Source: Mytilus edulis
Lineage: Eukaryota
Length of the DNA: 64,000 nt
NCBI RefSeq assembly: GCF_963676685.1
Contig: NC_092356.1
Location: 64,666,001-64,730,000, forward strand
Direction of reading: 5' to 3'
Positions 54,275-64,000 of this stretch are shown piece after piece; the first letter of the stretch is position 1; every line of letters starts with the position of its first letter. The notes beneath the pieces were generated by a model. It was not told the DNA's origin. It made no database searches and was given only the letters and a program-made list of their open reading frames with translations. A program made the position numbers and the translations under genes.

Positions 54275-54705
54275 AATATCTTAAATCAATGGGATACATT
54301 GAAGGATGACGAAGAGGCAAACATTTTATTTTATTTGATAAAAGACCTCTGTTTGCTTTCCGTATGCATAAAAACTTGAAAGACACAGTAACATCAGCAA
54401 CTCTGGGTAATTGATATGTTGCAGATTATGAAAATAGTTTCTAAACTTTGTTCGTTAAATTGATAAACAAAGTTAAGTAGATAAAGAGGATAGAAAAATA
54501 TAAAACAGATCATGAGGTGTCGAGCCCCTAATAAAAATTACAGTATTTTTATAATAAGTGTCACTATGCAATGGCTTGGGCTCCTGACGATGGACATGGC
54601 CATGGTCAATTAGTTAATTCTGATTGGTCTAAATAGATGTTCGAAACACCTTATGATCTATGGAGTTGGGGTGCTGGGATAGGCTTTGACAACGATTTAT
54701 TGAAA
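54275..54705 (+). repeat. 5-prime pseudo-LTR: diverged direct copy of the element 3-prime end (57760-58189)
   Basis: Contains a decayed RT C-terminus (DDEEA...FDKRPLFAF), the 3-prime UTR and the hammerhead. Confidence 0.92.
54507..54659 (+). ncRNA. Type III hammerhead ribozyme (5-prime pLTR copy)
   Basis: Stem III AGAUCAUGAGGUGU/ACACCUUAUGAUCU (14 bp), C17 at 54521, stem I GAGCCC/GGGCUC, core CUGACGA, extra U, stem II GGACAU/AUGUUC, then GAAA. Confidence 0.9.
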
Positions 54706-55015
54706 GAAATCCTTGCTTGAGGAGACAGAGCGAATGATAGGTCGTGGAAGTGCAGAAGAAGGCGCTTGTCTAAAAAGGTTGACATTCCTAGTAAAAGAAA
54801 AGAAAGAGATATGGAACGAACGATATCTGAGGGCTATTCGAAACATGTCGACATCTAGTACCGAGAAACCGGAAACTGAAGCAAATACTATATCTAAACT
54901 CCAGGATGAGTTACGAGAGCTGAGAGGCTTCCTTGAACCATCCCATCGAGGACGAGGCGGACGTCGATTTAATCGTGGAAGGGGGAGGGGAGGAAGAAGA
55001 TTTCCCTCCGTTTAA
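54637..55015 (+). CDS. ORF1: small helical protein with C-terminal RGG/RG tail; probably 124 aa from ATG 54637, frameshifted here by GAAAGAAA at 54702-54709
   Basis: GC-richer, open 100-codon frame 54713-55015 (ISKLQDELRELRGFL...RGRGGRRFNRGRGRGGRRF). The upstream frame MFETPYDLWSWGAGIGFDNDLLK joins it if one GAAA is removed. Confidence 0.6.
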
Positions 55016-55762
55016 GAATTAAACAGTATCGAACAATATTGAAATGACTTTGTACATAACTCATAACTTTTACTTTTATCGGAAAATAAATGATTTAACT
55101 TAACTGTGTAACTTCAGACAAGTCGTTGGAAGATGATAAAACATTTAACGCGTGCCTATACACTTAGTTAGTGATGTTTTTTGACAAACAGCTGTAAAGT
55201 GTGTGAATAAAAGTGTAATATCTTATCAGTTCTTGAGTTACGCTTAATTTATAGATAATTGATATAGCAGAACACAGGAGGTTAGTTTATCAATGAACCC
55301 AATGCAATTATGATAATAAACAAATGTTTACAAATATATCTTTATTTAAAGTTGAGAAATAAAGCTATCAAAGATAATTTTTGGTAATTCGTTCACGTTA
55401 AGTGGTCAGAATTAATACATTATAATTAAATGCAACGGTTATAATCGGCTAAAGCAATAGTTCATTGCCAATATGTTTCTTATTTCTGTCAAAATAGATA
55501 TTAAATGTGAAAAATATCTTTACCGAAAGCTAAAAAGGTTGATTTATTATTTATTGAAATATTAAAGTTATAATACCTATAGAATACAGGGAAAGTAAAT
55601 GTAAAAACCAATACGTCAGAGTTTAGTGAGTGGAATAAGTTGATAATAAAGTGCTGAGATTTGCAAAACAAAAATGCATGGTTTTTGAGTGTCTGATAAA
55701 TTAAAAAGTCAAATTGTCAAAATACATCTGGTATACGTGTCAGTTTATAGAGCAATGAATGG

Positions 55763-55844
55763 TGATTGGTTGCAATGTCTAGAGGGATGTTCTCCTCTTC
55801 CCCTTATTTAGTTTCCTAATGAGTAACTGATATCTGATTGGTTG
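55763..55844 (+). promoter_or_regulatory. Candidate internal promoter for RT: two TGATTGGTTG (inverted CCAAT) boxes 72 bp apart
   Basis: The 10-mer occurs at 55763 and 55835, 90-170 bp upstream of ATG 55935, and is mirrored in the left arm. Confidence 0.35.
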
Positions 55845-55983
55845 GTGAGTTCATACAGGCTTGATAAAGAATCAATATTACATCAAGAAATGAATTGCAC
55901 ACTGCCTTCTGGCGAATTCCTCCGATCTGTAAGCATGGCTAACAGACACTTTAAGAGAGCGAAAAAAACAAAAAAAGGCTATC

Positions 55984-57894
55984 ATGAAAAAGGCCTTCTA
56001 TCAGAAAAATAGAAAGATAAAGATTCGCTCTCTCAAGAGGAAAAAATCAATTGAAAAAGCACGTGAATATGTTAAAATATTCACCACTGAAAAAATAAAA
56101 GAGGATGAGATTTTGTTACTCAGTAAAGGATTAAAATATATACCGTCTCCCTCGACGAAATTTGCAAAATCTAGTATTGCATCAGATTTCAATGAATTTG
56201 CAAGAAAACTAAGATGTAAATATCATTTTGACAAGGGTGATATTTTCAAACGTCATCCCTTTTTAACAAAATCCGGATATAAACCGGAACTTGCAAATAA
56301 TGCCATTGAGACATATATATTCAAAACTAAGGTTGAGATAGATAATATAACAATTAATAAAGCACACGATAATCTCACTACGCTGGAAAGAAAGGCAATT
56401 TCTTCCCTCAAACGAAACGAAAAAATAGTTATTCGAAAAGCAGATAAAAATAACACCACAGTGATCTGGGATAAAACAGAATATATAAATGAAGGTCTGA
56501 GGCAATTAAGTAGTGCTACTCACTTCATGGAAATTGCAAATTTAAACATAATAGAGACTAACCAAAAAATCAATACTATTATCTTTGAAATGCATAGAAA
56601 AGGGGTCATGGATGAAATCACCTTTAAATATCTTTCTGCTAAGAGAGATCTCAAACCAGGAAGGTTGTATCTTCTGCCTAAATTGCACAAACTTGATCCT
56701 GAACTAATAGAAAGCGTTCAACAGAATCCTACGCTTTATAAAAATGTCAGAATTCAAGGAAGGCCTATTGTTTCATTATCGGGTACTGTTTTAGAGAGAA
56801 TAGGGCAGTATTTGGATAAATTCATGCTTCCAGCAGTATTAAAACAAGAAACACATTTAAGGGACTCATTAGAATTTATGAATATTATTGAGAAATTGCA
56901 GGTAAAACCTGACGCCTACTTAGTCAGTTTTGACATAAAAGAAATGTACAACAATATGTCCCATGTAGAAATGATTGACGCAGTCAAGCATGCTTGGCCT
57001 ACGATAATTAAATGTAAACATACGATACTTTTGCCTCCGTTGCGATATATATTGGAACTTCTGAAGATAGTTCTTGAAAATAATGAATTTATGTTCAATG
57101 GTAAATTTTATAAAACTTCAACTGGAGTTCCAATGGGAAATAGTTTATCACCTGAAATTACGGATCTGAGAGTTTATGAAGTCTTAAATAGTATTTTAAG
57201 GACTTTTCAACATAAACAAAAAATATCAAGTCTCTACAGGTTTAGGGACGATGGCTTTTTTATTTACAATGAAGGTACAGATGTTGAAATATCACAATTC
57301 TTTGAACATGCTAATAGACAACATGCACTTCTAAAATTTACACACGAGAAATCACAAACTAAAATGCAGTTTTTAGATGTGCTGGTATTCAAAGTTCTAA
57401 GATTTAGAGAAACAGGAATCTTAGACCTCACGACATTCCGAAAAAAGACTGAAAATTATCAGTATTTAGAGAGATCCTCATGCCACCCATCCTCTACTTT
57501 CAGAGGCATAATTAAAGGAGAAATGCTTCGCTTTAAGAGATGTACGAACGATCCAGTAGATTTGCAAACACAATATGCGTTATTTTCTGAGCGCCTCATT
57601 AAAAGGGGATATCCAAAAAATGAAATTAAAACTGTTATGCAGGAAGTGACTGCAAAACAAAGAATAGACACATTAATGGTAAAGCCCAAATCTGTATTAC
57701 AGTCGCCTCCCTTGGTATTCTCCACAGTGTTTTCAAGACAGAAATCACACATAAAGAACAATATCTTAAAACACTGGGATAAACTAAAGGATGATGAAGA
57801 GGCAAAACTGTTATTTGATAAAAGACCTCTGTTTGCTTTCCGTAGGCATAAAAACTTGAAAGACATAGTAACATCAGCAACTCTGAATAATTAA
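55984..57894 (+). CDS. Penelope-like reverse transcriptase, second copy (636 aa); an extra A at 55970-55976 disconnects the upstream ATG at 55935
   Basis: Same motifs, 7 amino-acid differences from the minus copy. A7 here vs A6 in the other arm (could be a homopolymer error). Confidence 0.9.
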   Translation: MKKAFYQKNRKIKIRSLKRKKSIEKAREYVKIFTTEKIKEDEILLLSKGLKYIPSPSTKFAKSSIASDFNEFARKLRCKYHFDKGDIFKRHPFLTKSGYKPELANNAIETYIFKTKVEIDNITINKAHDNLTTLERKAISSLKRNEKIVIRKADKNNTTVIWDKTEYINEGLRQLSSATHFMEIANLNIIETNQKINTIIFEMHRKGVMDEITFKYLSAKRDLKPGRLYLLPKLHKLDPELIESVQQNPTLYKNVRIQGRPIVSLSGTVLERIGQYLDKFMLPAVLKQETHLRDSLEFMNIIEKLQVKPDAYLVSFDIKEMYNNMSHVEMIDAVKHAWPTIIKCKHTILLPPLRYILELLKIVLENNEFMFNGKFYKTSTGVPMGNSLSPEITDLRVYEVLNSILRTFQHKQKISSLYRFRDDGFFIYNEGTDVEISQFFEHANRQHALLKFTHEKSQTKMQFLDVLVFKVLRFRETGILDLTTFRKKTENYQYLERSSCHPSSTFRGIIKGEMLRFKRCTNDPVDLQTQYALFSERLIKRGYPKNEIKTVMQEVTAKQRIDTLMVKPKSVLQSPPLVFSTVFSRQKSHIKNNILKHWDKLKDDEEAKLLFDKRPLFAFRRHKNLKDIVTSATLNN

Positions 57895-57990
57895 TATTTT
57901 GCAGACTATGAAAATAGATTCTATACTTTGTTCATTAAATTGATAAACAAGGTTAAGTAGATAAAGAGTATAGAAAAATATAAGTCAGAC

Positions 57991-58143
57991 AGATCATGAG
58001 GTGTCGAGCCCCTAATAAAAAGTACAGTATTTTTATAATAAGTGTCACTATGCAATGGCTTAGGCTCCTGACGATGGACATGGCCGTGATCAATTAGTTA
58101 ATTCTAATTGGTCTAAATAGATGTTCGAAACACCTTATGATCT
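57991..58143 (+). ncRNA. Type III hammerhead ribozyme (3-prime pLTR copy)
   Basis: GUC 58003-58005, CUGACGA 58068-58074, GAAA 58127-58130. Stem I is 5 bp in this copy. Confidence 0.9.
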
Positions 58144-58190
58144 ATGGAGTTGGGGTGCTGGGATAGGCTTTGACAACGATTTATTGAAAT

Positions 58191-58290
58191 AAATGTATAA
58201 ATTCGCATTCATGTCTGATCGTAATGTGAGGAAATTAACGTTTAAATATAGATTAAAAAAAAGGAATGGCATAAATTCCTGGATAAAATT
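58191..58290 (+). repeat. 100-bp target-site duplication, right copy
   Basis: AAATGTATAAATTCGC...GGATAAAATT is identical to 51471-51570. Confidence 0.95.
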
Positions 58291-61200
58291 GAGAATGGAA
58301 ATGGGGAAATAGTCAGAGAGAAAATAACCGAACTAAAGAGCAGACAACAGCCGAAGGCCACCAATGGGTCTTAAATGCAGCGAGCAAAATCCAGTACCAA
58401 AGGGTGGACCCTATATATTATATATATTTTGTACTAGTTCAGTAAAAATGAACGTTTGCCTGTGTTTTTTTCTTATATCTAAAGTTATTATTCCATTTCG
58501 GTCTAAATAATCGATATGCAACTTTTTTGTATTCGTGTCAATAGGGTAAATAAATAAACCCCTTGGAGTCTTTTTTAACACTAATATCATATTATTTTGC
58601 AAGCATCATATATGTTCATATTTAAGATCTATCATTTTCTAGTGCAATATAACATGTCTTTTCTAAACTATATATCACAATCATTGTTAAATATTCAAAC
58701 CATCAATGTTGCTGTTGTACATTCTAAGTTGACATATTATCTCCTAATCTTATAAAGCCCACATAACTTTATCACTTATCATCATATATTGCATAACATC
58801 AAAACAACATTTAAGTAAACAATTATGTCACCACCTACAAACCTTGTTGACATCATGACACTTACATTGATTGTTTGTTTTGAATGCTGGTTAGGATATT
58901 GACTTCATCTGAGAAGGTCTAAGCTGTTGATTTGTCTTATCATCTAGTGACAGACATTGCTTACGTACAATAATGTTTCATTTTCTATTAGGAAAACTGA
59001 TCTTCCTTGTTTTTGAACAAACAGTAACACTTTCAATTAATAGATGATTTACTCATTGCAACCGTTTCACAATCTCATTTGTATTTTCTAACTCACGAAC
59101 ATATATCTTAGCTGTATTTGACACAACCTTTCGTACTATTGGTCCTGAATGCTATTCAACCTCGTACTTTATTTGTCTTTTCTAACTTTTTTGATTCGAA
59201 TAACACTTATTCTATGAGTCTTTCGTAGAAGCGCACAAGGTTAACACAATTTTAATCCTTGTATCTATGATGAGTTTATATTAATACAAAATATTTATTC
59301 TACTAAACTATATCACTTTAGAAACAAATTAAATAGATAGGAATAAATAAATAGATATTAAAAGAAGAATTCAAAATAATGCATATTGTTCATCAATGCC
59401 GACGTTATAAATTTATATGCACATATACAGTGTTGAAGTTGAATTTCCATTTCTAATGAAACAAATGCAGAAAATGTTTCGGTTATGAAATATCTTCAAA
59501 AACGTCAATACGCATCGTTTAAACTGTAGTAGAGTCTTATGGGATTTATATTGAGCAATACTCAAAGGATATCAAACAAAAAGAAATATTCCTTATAACT
59601 AAATAACTCACCATGCTATTTATGGTCTTTTTTCCTTTTCATTTAACATAACTCGAAAAATTTAACTTGTTTGTTAGCTTAAACTAGCAATGTACACTGC
59701 TATCATCGAAATCAAAATATTTTCTTGTACCGAATGCCACCAGTTATTAGGCTAGGCGCACAACTATCTTTTCGATGCTGATATCGAGCACAACCATATT
59801 TAAAAAAAAATACCAGGTTGAACCAATACATTTTTATAATAATATGAAATCATTGCAGAAGCCCATACCGCATAGTCAGCTATAAAAGGCCCCGAAATGA
59901 CAATGTAAAACAATTCAAACGAGAAAACTAACGGCCTTATTCATATAAAAAAAATGAACGAAAAACAAATATGTAACACATAACCAAACGACAACCACTA
60001 AATCACAGGCTCCTGACTTGGGATAGGCTCATACCACACAAACAGTCAACTCAACGCAGAGTCATAGATATGACTTCTGACATGTTGTCTTTAACTTAGC
60101 TCTGCTAAAAATCCGCATAGACGATTTGAATTAAAATATGAATGTCTGGTAAAGTGTTCATTTAAATATGTAAATATTCTTACATTGTTTGAACTGTTTC
60201 GAATATGGAACCACCTGCTTATGGTGTGGTTCCTGTTGTGTATACTTTAAAAGTTGTTACCTGTTGAGGAGAGTTTGTGTTGCTTTGACTTTAGTTGTTA
60301 CATGTTTAAGTTTGTTTGTGTTGATTAGACTGAATTTGTTACATGTTTATGTTTGTTCGATTATTCGAGTTGCTAAAACTTAAGTTGTTACATATTTGTG
60401 TTTGTCATTTTGATGGTTTTCCTTTTTTGCCAAGTAGATGTCAGTTTCTAATTCCATTTGCTCTATTCAGCTTTTCTTCTATCATTTGAAAGTATATGTC
60501 CTAGTTTCTTTCTCAATAATATAACAACCAAAAGTTATTGATTTATCAGAAACAAAATATCTGCTAAACAAATATAAGATCGCATTATTGTACTTGAAAT
60601 GAAATCACGCGGATGACTGACATGATAAAAGTGTTTATTTTTCTTTTTTCATTTTTTACTGATTAACGTTTCTACTAGATGAAATCGTATGACTGAACAT
60701 GTAAAAGATTTAAAATAAGATCAAACAGAATCCGACTTAATGCTTCCTTTTAAATCTTTATGATACCATTATGTTTTACAAACATGCAGAAAATTTTTCT
60801 CTTTGTTTTTAAACTGTCCTCTAGATCAAAGTAAACTCACGTAATCAATACCCACGATCTTGATTAATTGACTAAATTGATGATTTATTCAAGTTCTTGT
60901 TAATTAATTCCCTTAAGTTGATACAAATATATTTTGCATGATTTTGTAATAAAAATGGAATCTGTTGTCCGTTGACATTCCATACATGGTCTTGATAGGA
61001 AAAACAGGAAGGTTGGTCGGACGGACAACAATTTAAACCTCAACCTCCAATTGAATTTCCGGAACCACGTCAAATTACCTAGACCATGGATTGTTCAATG
61101 TTGTTTGCCTCTGTTAGTATGTCTAAATTTTTAGATGGAGTTGGATATTGGTGGTTTGTTATTTATACTGTAAATTCATTTTTTGTAATTTCAATCATTC

Positions 61201-64000
61201 ATTTTATGCATAACGTATGTAACATAAAATCGACATGAATAAAGGTAATGTCAGCAATGCTAGCTAGTGCCATAAATATAGAAATAAGTATATGATGTGT
61301 GGTTACCAATGAGACGGCTATTCACTATATTATTATGGATGTTAGTAAATATAGATCTTTTCCTCAAAATTTACAGAGATGGACAGAATTCTACGCTTAT
61401 GACACCAAAACTATAACGATATTCACAATGATGCAAAAATATTTTGTAAAGCAATTCCATTTGGTAGTTCCGTGCATTAAACGTCAAGTTAACCGATTAA
61501 ATAAAGTATTGTATAGTTTACTCCTATAAACATTTTTGAAGGAAAATTAATGTTTGCCTTGTTTATCATACGAAATAAACACACAACCGTATTTATTACA
61601 ATAAACATTCACGTTGTATGACACATATAACAAAGAACCACTAATATCCATTAGATAATACGTAGTAAATTAATGTCATCATTTTGTTTTCATTCAGTAT
61701 ATTTAGGTAAGTGTTCCAGTAAGGACGAGTTGTTGTTGAATATATAACTTAAAAATATTTCGAGTGTCAACTTATTGATTAGATTTTAAGAAAGACGAAT
61801 GAACAAGGTTGGCATCCCCTGACTTCTATCAGTATTACGAAGGTCTATTATTTTACGTTTCACTTGTTCCCTAGGGACGTACAAAATCCCCGTTAATACA
61901 TAGAGGAACAAACATTTTTCTACACCATAATTATAACTTTCATTTGGTTGTCAGGAATAGCTTTGTCATTTAAATGATCTGCTTAAATAGTTGTGTCACA
62001 TTTCTTGCCCAAAGGATTTTCTTTTGTGTATTTTATTTTAAAAAAGAGCTTAATCGTTGTGATCAAAGTACTTCCGTGTCCACAAAGAAATAATTCATCG
62101 AAAAGTGTCATGGTAATTACCCAATAGTATTTCCAAACAGGTTCCAAGTTATAAAACTGATTGGGGTTTATACGATTTTAGCTATAAGGCTTTGTAAAAC
62201 AGGTTTTGTTACAAATGCAAGCAATAACTTGCGTCTAATTTATATTTAGATTAAATTTTAAGTTCATTATGCATCTGTTATATTTATTTCCTTTAAAGAT
62301 ATTTACTTGGGAAAGAAAACCGAAAACCCATTAACTTAAGAACAATGAACTCTCCTGAATTCAGTACTGAATAAACCCTTCGCACGCAATGGTTGAAAAA
62401 AAACCATGTATTTAATGATCCTAAAATATTACAAGATAACAGCAAGGGTGCGTTTATAAAACGAAATGAATAATTGACAGGGCACTGGATCAATCTGAAT
62501 TGAAAATAAGCAATGCTATACCATGTTATTTTCCTAAGTAAAATACATTGGAGTTTGAAAAACAATAATAAAAGTTGTTGAGATTATTTTAAGCTGGAAC
62601 AATCTTGATCTGTTTTTAAAGACAAGAATGTAATGAAATACATGTGTATCGTGAGATACAGCGAAAAGCTTATCTTGTTGAATATATCTTTTATCTATTT
62701 ATATCTTACCGAATGCTGATCCCATAAGAAGGAGAAAGCACTAAGAGAAATTGTTATATCGTACATAAATTTTTAATTTACACCATTGTTTAAAAAGGAC
62801 TTATGTTCCAATTATCAAACCGTTTGTTTGCGAACTGTCATTACATATCTTATAATTTTTCCCGTTGCACATAGTAGATTGCATTTCAATAACATAGTAA
62901 CAGGAATTGCCTGTTACACGGTAACAATAGAATATTTTTATCAACAGAACTTGTAATATCAAATTGTGTTTTAAATGTTGATGACATTATTTGGAGCAGA
63001 AATGCTATTATGGAATGTTCCTGTCAATTGTTTACTCAGAGAGAAAAAAACGTTCAAGATGTTTTATCTTTCTTCTTATATCTATATCGATCAAGATAAT
63101 ACATGTTATGAATGTATGTTATATGTCACTACATCAACAGTAATACAAAACATCCTCATATATTGAGAGGATAAAATAAAGTATCGGCGATGTTTCCTGA
63201 AGTTTATTTTGACAAAATTGTACCAGACTTGTTGCTATTGACAAAACATAATTTCAAATTTCTCCTTAGTACAAGTGTTGAAATAGAAAAAAAAACACCT
63301 TAATGTTTGTATTCGTCGTAGCTAAGCTCTTTTTTTTAATTGTTCTCTAATATGCCTAAAGTAATATGAGTCTATTTGTGAAAGGAAACAGATTTCATAT
63401 GTGGTTAAAACCCATGATGAAATTTCCAGATTATAAAAGATACATTTAAATGTTACTCAAACCACGAAAATTGATACCCACGAATTAAAGTACTTCCACA
63501 GTAGTCTTCTTTTTTGGGGTCGCCTATTGGGAATAATTTGTGTATTTTTTGTGGTACTAGTAAGTGACGAATATTTCTTCCTTGTTAAAGATACGCGGGC
63601 ATTATCGGATACTGCGTATTTCACACAAATATAAACTAGTTTAAATAAATTAACCAAACTCGCTAAACACCAATCGACACACACAAAACTAATTCATGCG
63701 ATGTAAAGATTGATAAACAAAATGTTAAGCTTTATATCTACTAACTGATTATGCAACATGTTTTATATTATTTATTTGTGATATTTTTAAAACATCAAGA
63801 AGAGAAAACGGGAAACTGTTTTATTAAGAACTAACTGAAGATTCCAAGCTAATATTTTGATATGCAAGTCGAACCTTTCATCAGTTGGAAGGCAAACGCC
63901 TGAATCTGACAGATAGAGGTCAATTTGTCGACAAAAAAAGAACCCGTATGTAAAATGTTTACGCCCACAAACAGCGCCACCTATAATTTTTTCTACGGCA

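Larger units (their letters stand above)
51571..58190. mobile_element. Endonuclease-less Penelope-like retroelement insertion: inverted 5-prime-truncated copy + 5-prime pseudo-LTR + full unit
   Basis: Inverted arms 51571-54278 and 55481-58189 are about 99% identical. Central direct pLTR at 54275-54705. Two RT ORFs, three hammerheads and a 100-bp TSD. Confidence 0.93.
38487..63865 (+). repeat. Segmental duplication, copy 2 (expanded by mobile-element insertions)
   Basis: Collinear with 10960-28330. Lacks the equivalent of about 13850-17178. Extra sequence at about 40934-43424, 45950-50600 and 51571-58190, plus an internal duplication (about 39640-40930 vs 43505-44110). Confidence 0.9.

Noticed and set aside
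54637-55015. Homology of ORF1 to hepadnavirus core or deltavirus antigen
   Set aside because: Only a compositional resemblance (helical body, Arg-rich tail). No alignable motif by eye.
51880-57880. Short ORFs antisense to the two RT genes (for example the 135-aa and 81-aa ones)
   Set aside because: Shadow frames, duplicated only because the arms are inverted copies. No recognisable motifs.
51571-58190. DNA transposon or Polinton with 2.7-kb TIRs, or an LTR/DIRS element
   Set aside because: No transposase, integrase, tyrosine recombinase, RNase H or polB. The inverted arms are RT-coding PLE copies.
51571-58190. Assembly fold-back artefact
   Set aside because: The arms differ by multiple SNPs (7 amino-acid changes) and an indel, the spacer is unique sequence, and both flanks continue collinearly with the paralog. 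Long-read confirmation is still advisable.

Overview
AT-rich, repeat-dense animal genomic DNA. The repeat families suggest a marine bivalve, probably a mytilid mussel (inference). I can support no intact host protein-coding gene. The window holds a 7.2-kb foldback-type DNA element (15-7190, 6-bp TSD) and an old segmental duplication (about 10.96-28.3 kb vs 38.5-63.9 kb). It also holds smaller tandem duplications, minisatellites, decayed Penelope-like (PLE) and Academ-like relics, and minimal type I hammerhead repeats. The standout is a young 6.62-kb insertion (51571-58190) flanked by a perfect 100-bp target-site duplication, with the empty site visible in the paralogous block. It has two ~2.7-kb inverted arms, each encoding a Penelope/Neptune-like reverse transcriptase with no GIY-YIG endonuclease. 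It carries three copies of a large type III hammerhead ribozyme with a predicted loop-loop pseudoknot. It also carries a small helical/RGG-tailed ORF whose probable start codon lies inside the ribozyme. Two same-strand ribozymes bracket a 3484-nt unit containing both ORFs, which suggests a self-cleaving, possibly circular-RNA, endonuclease-free retroelement. All alignments and folds were done by eye, so divergence values and repeat boundaries are approximate.
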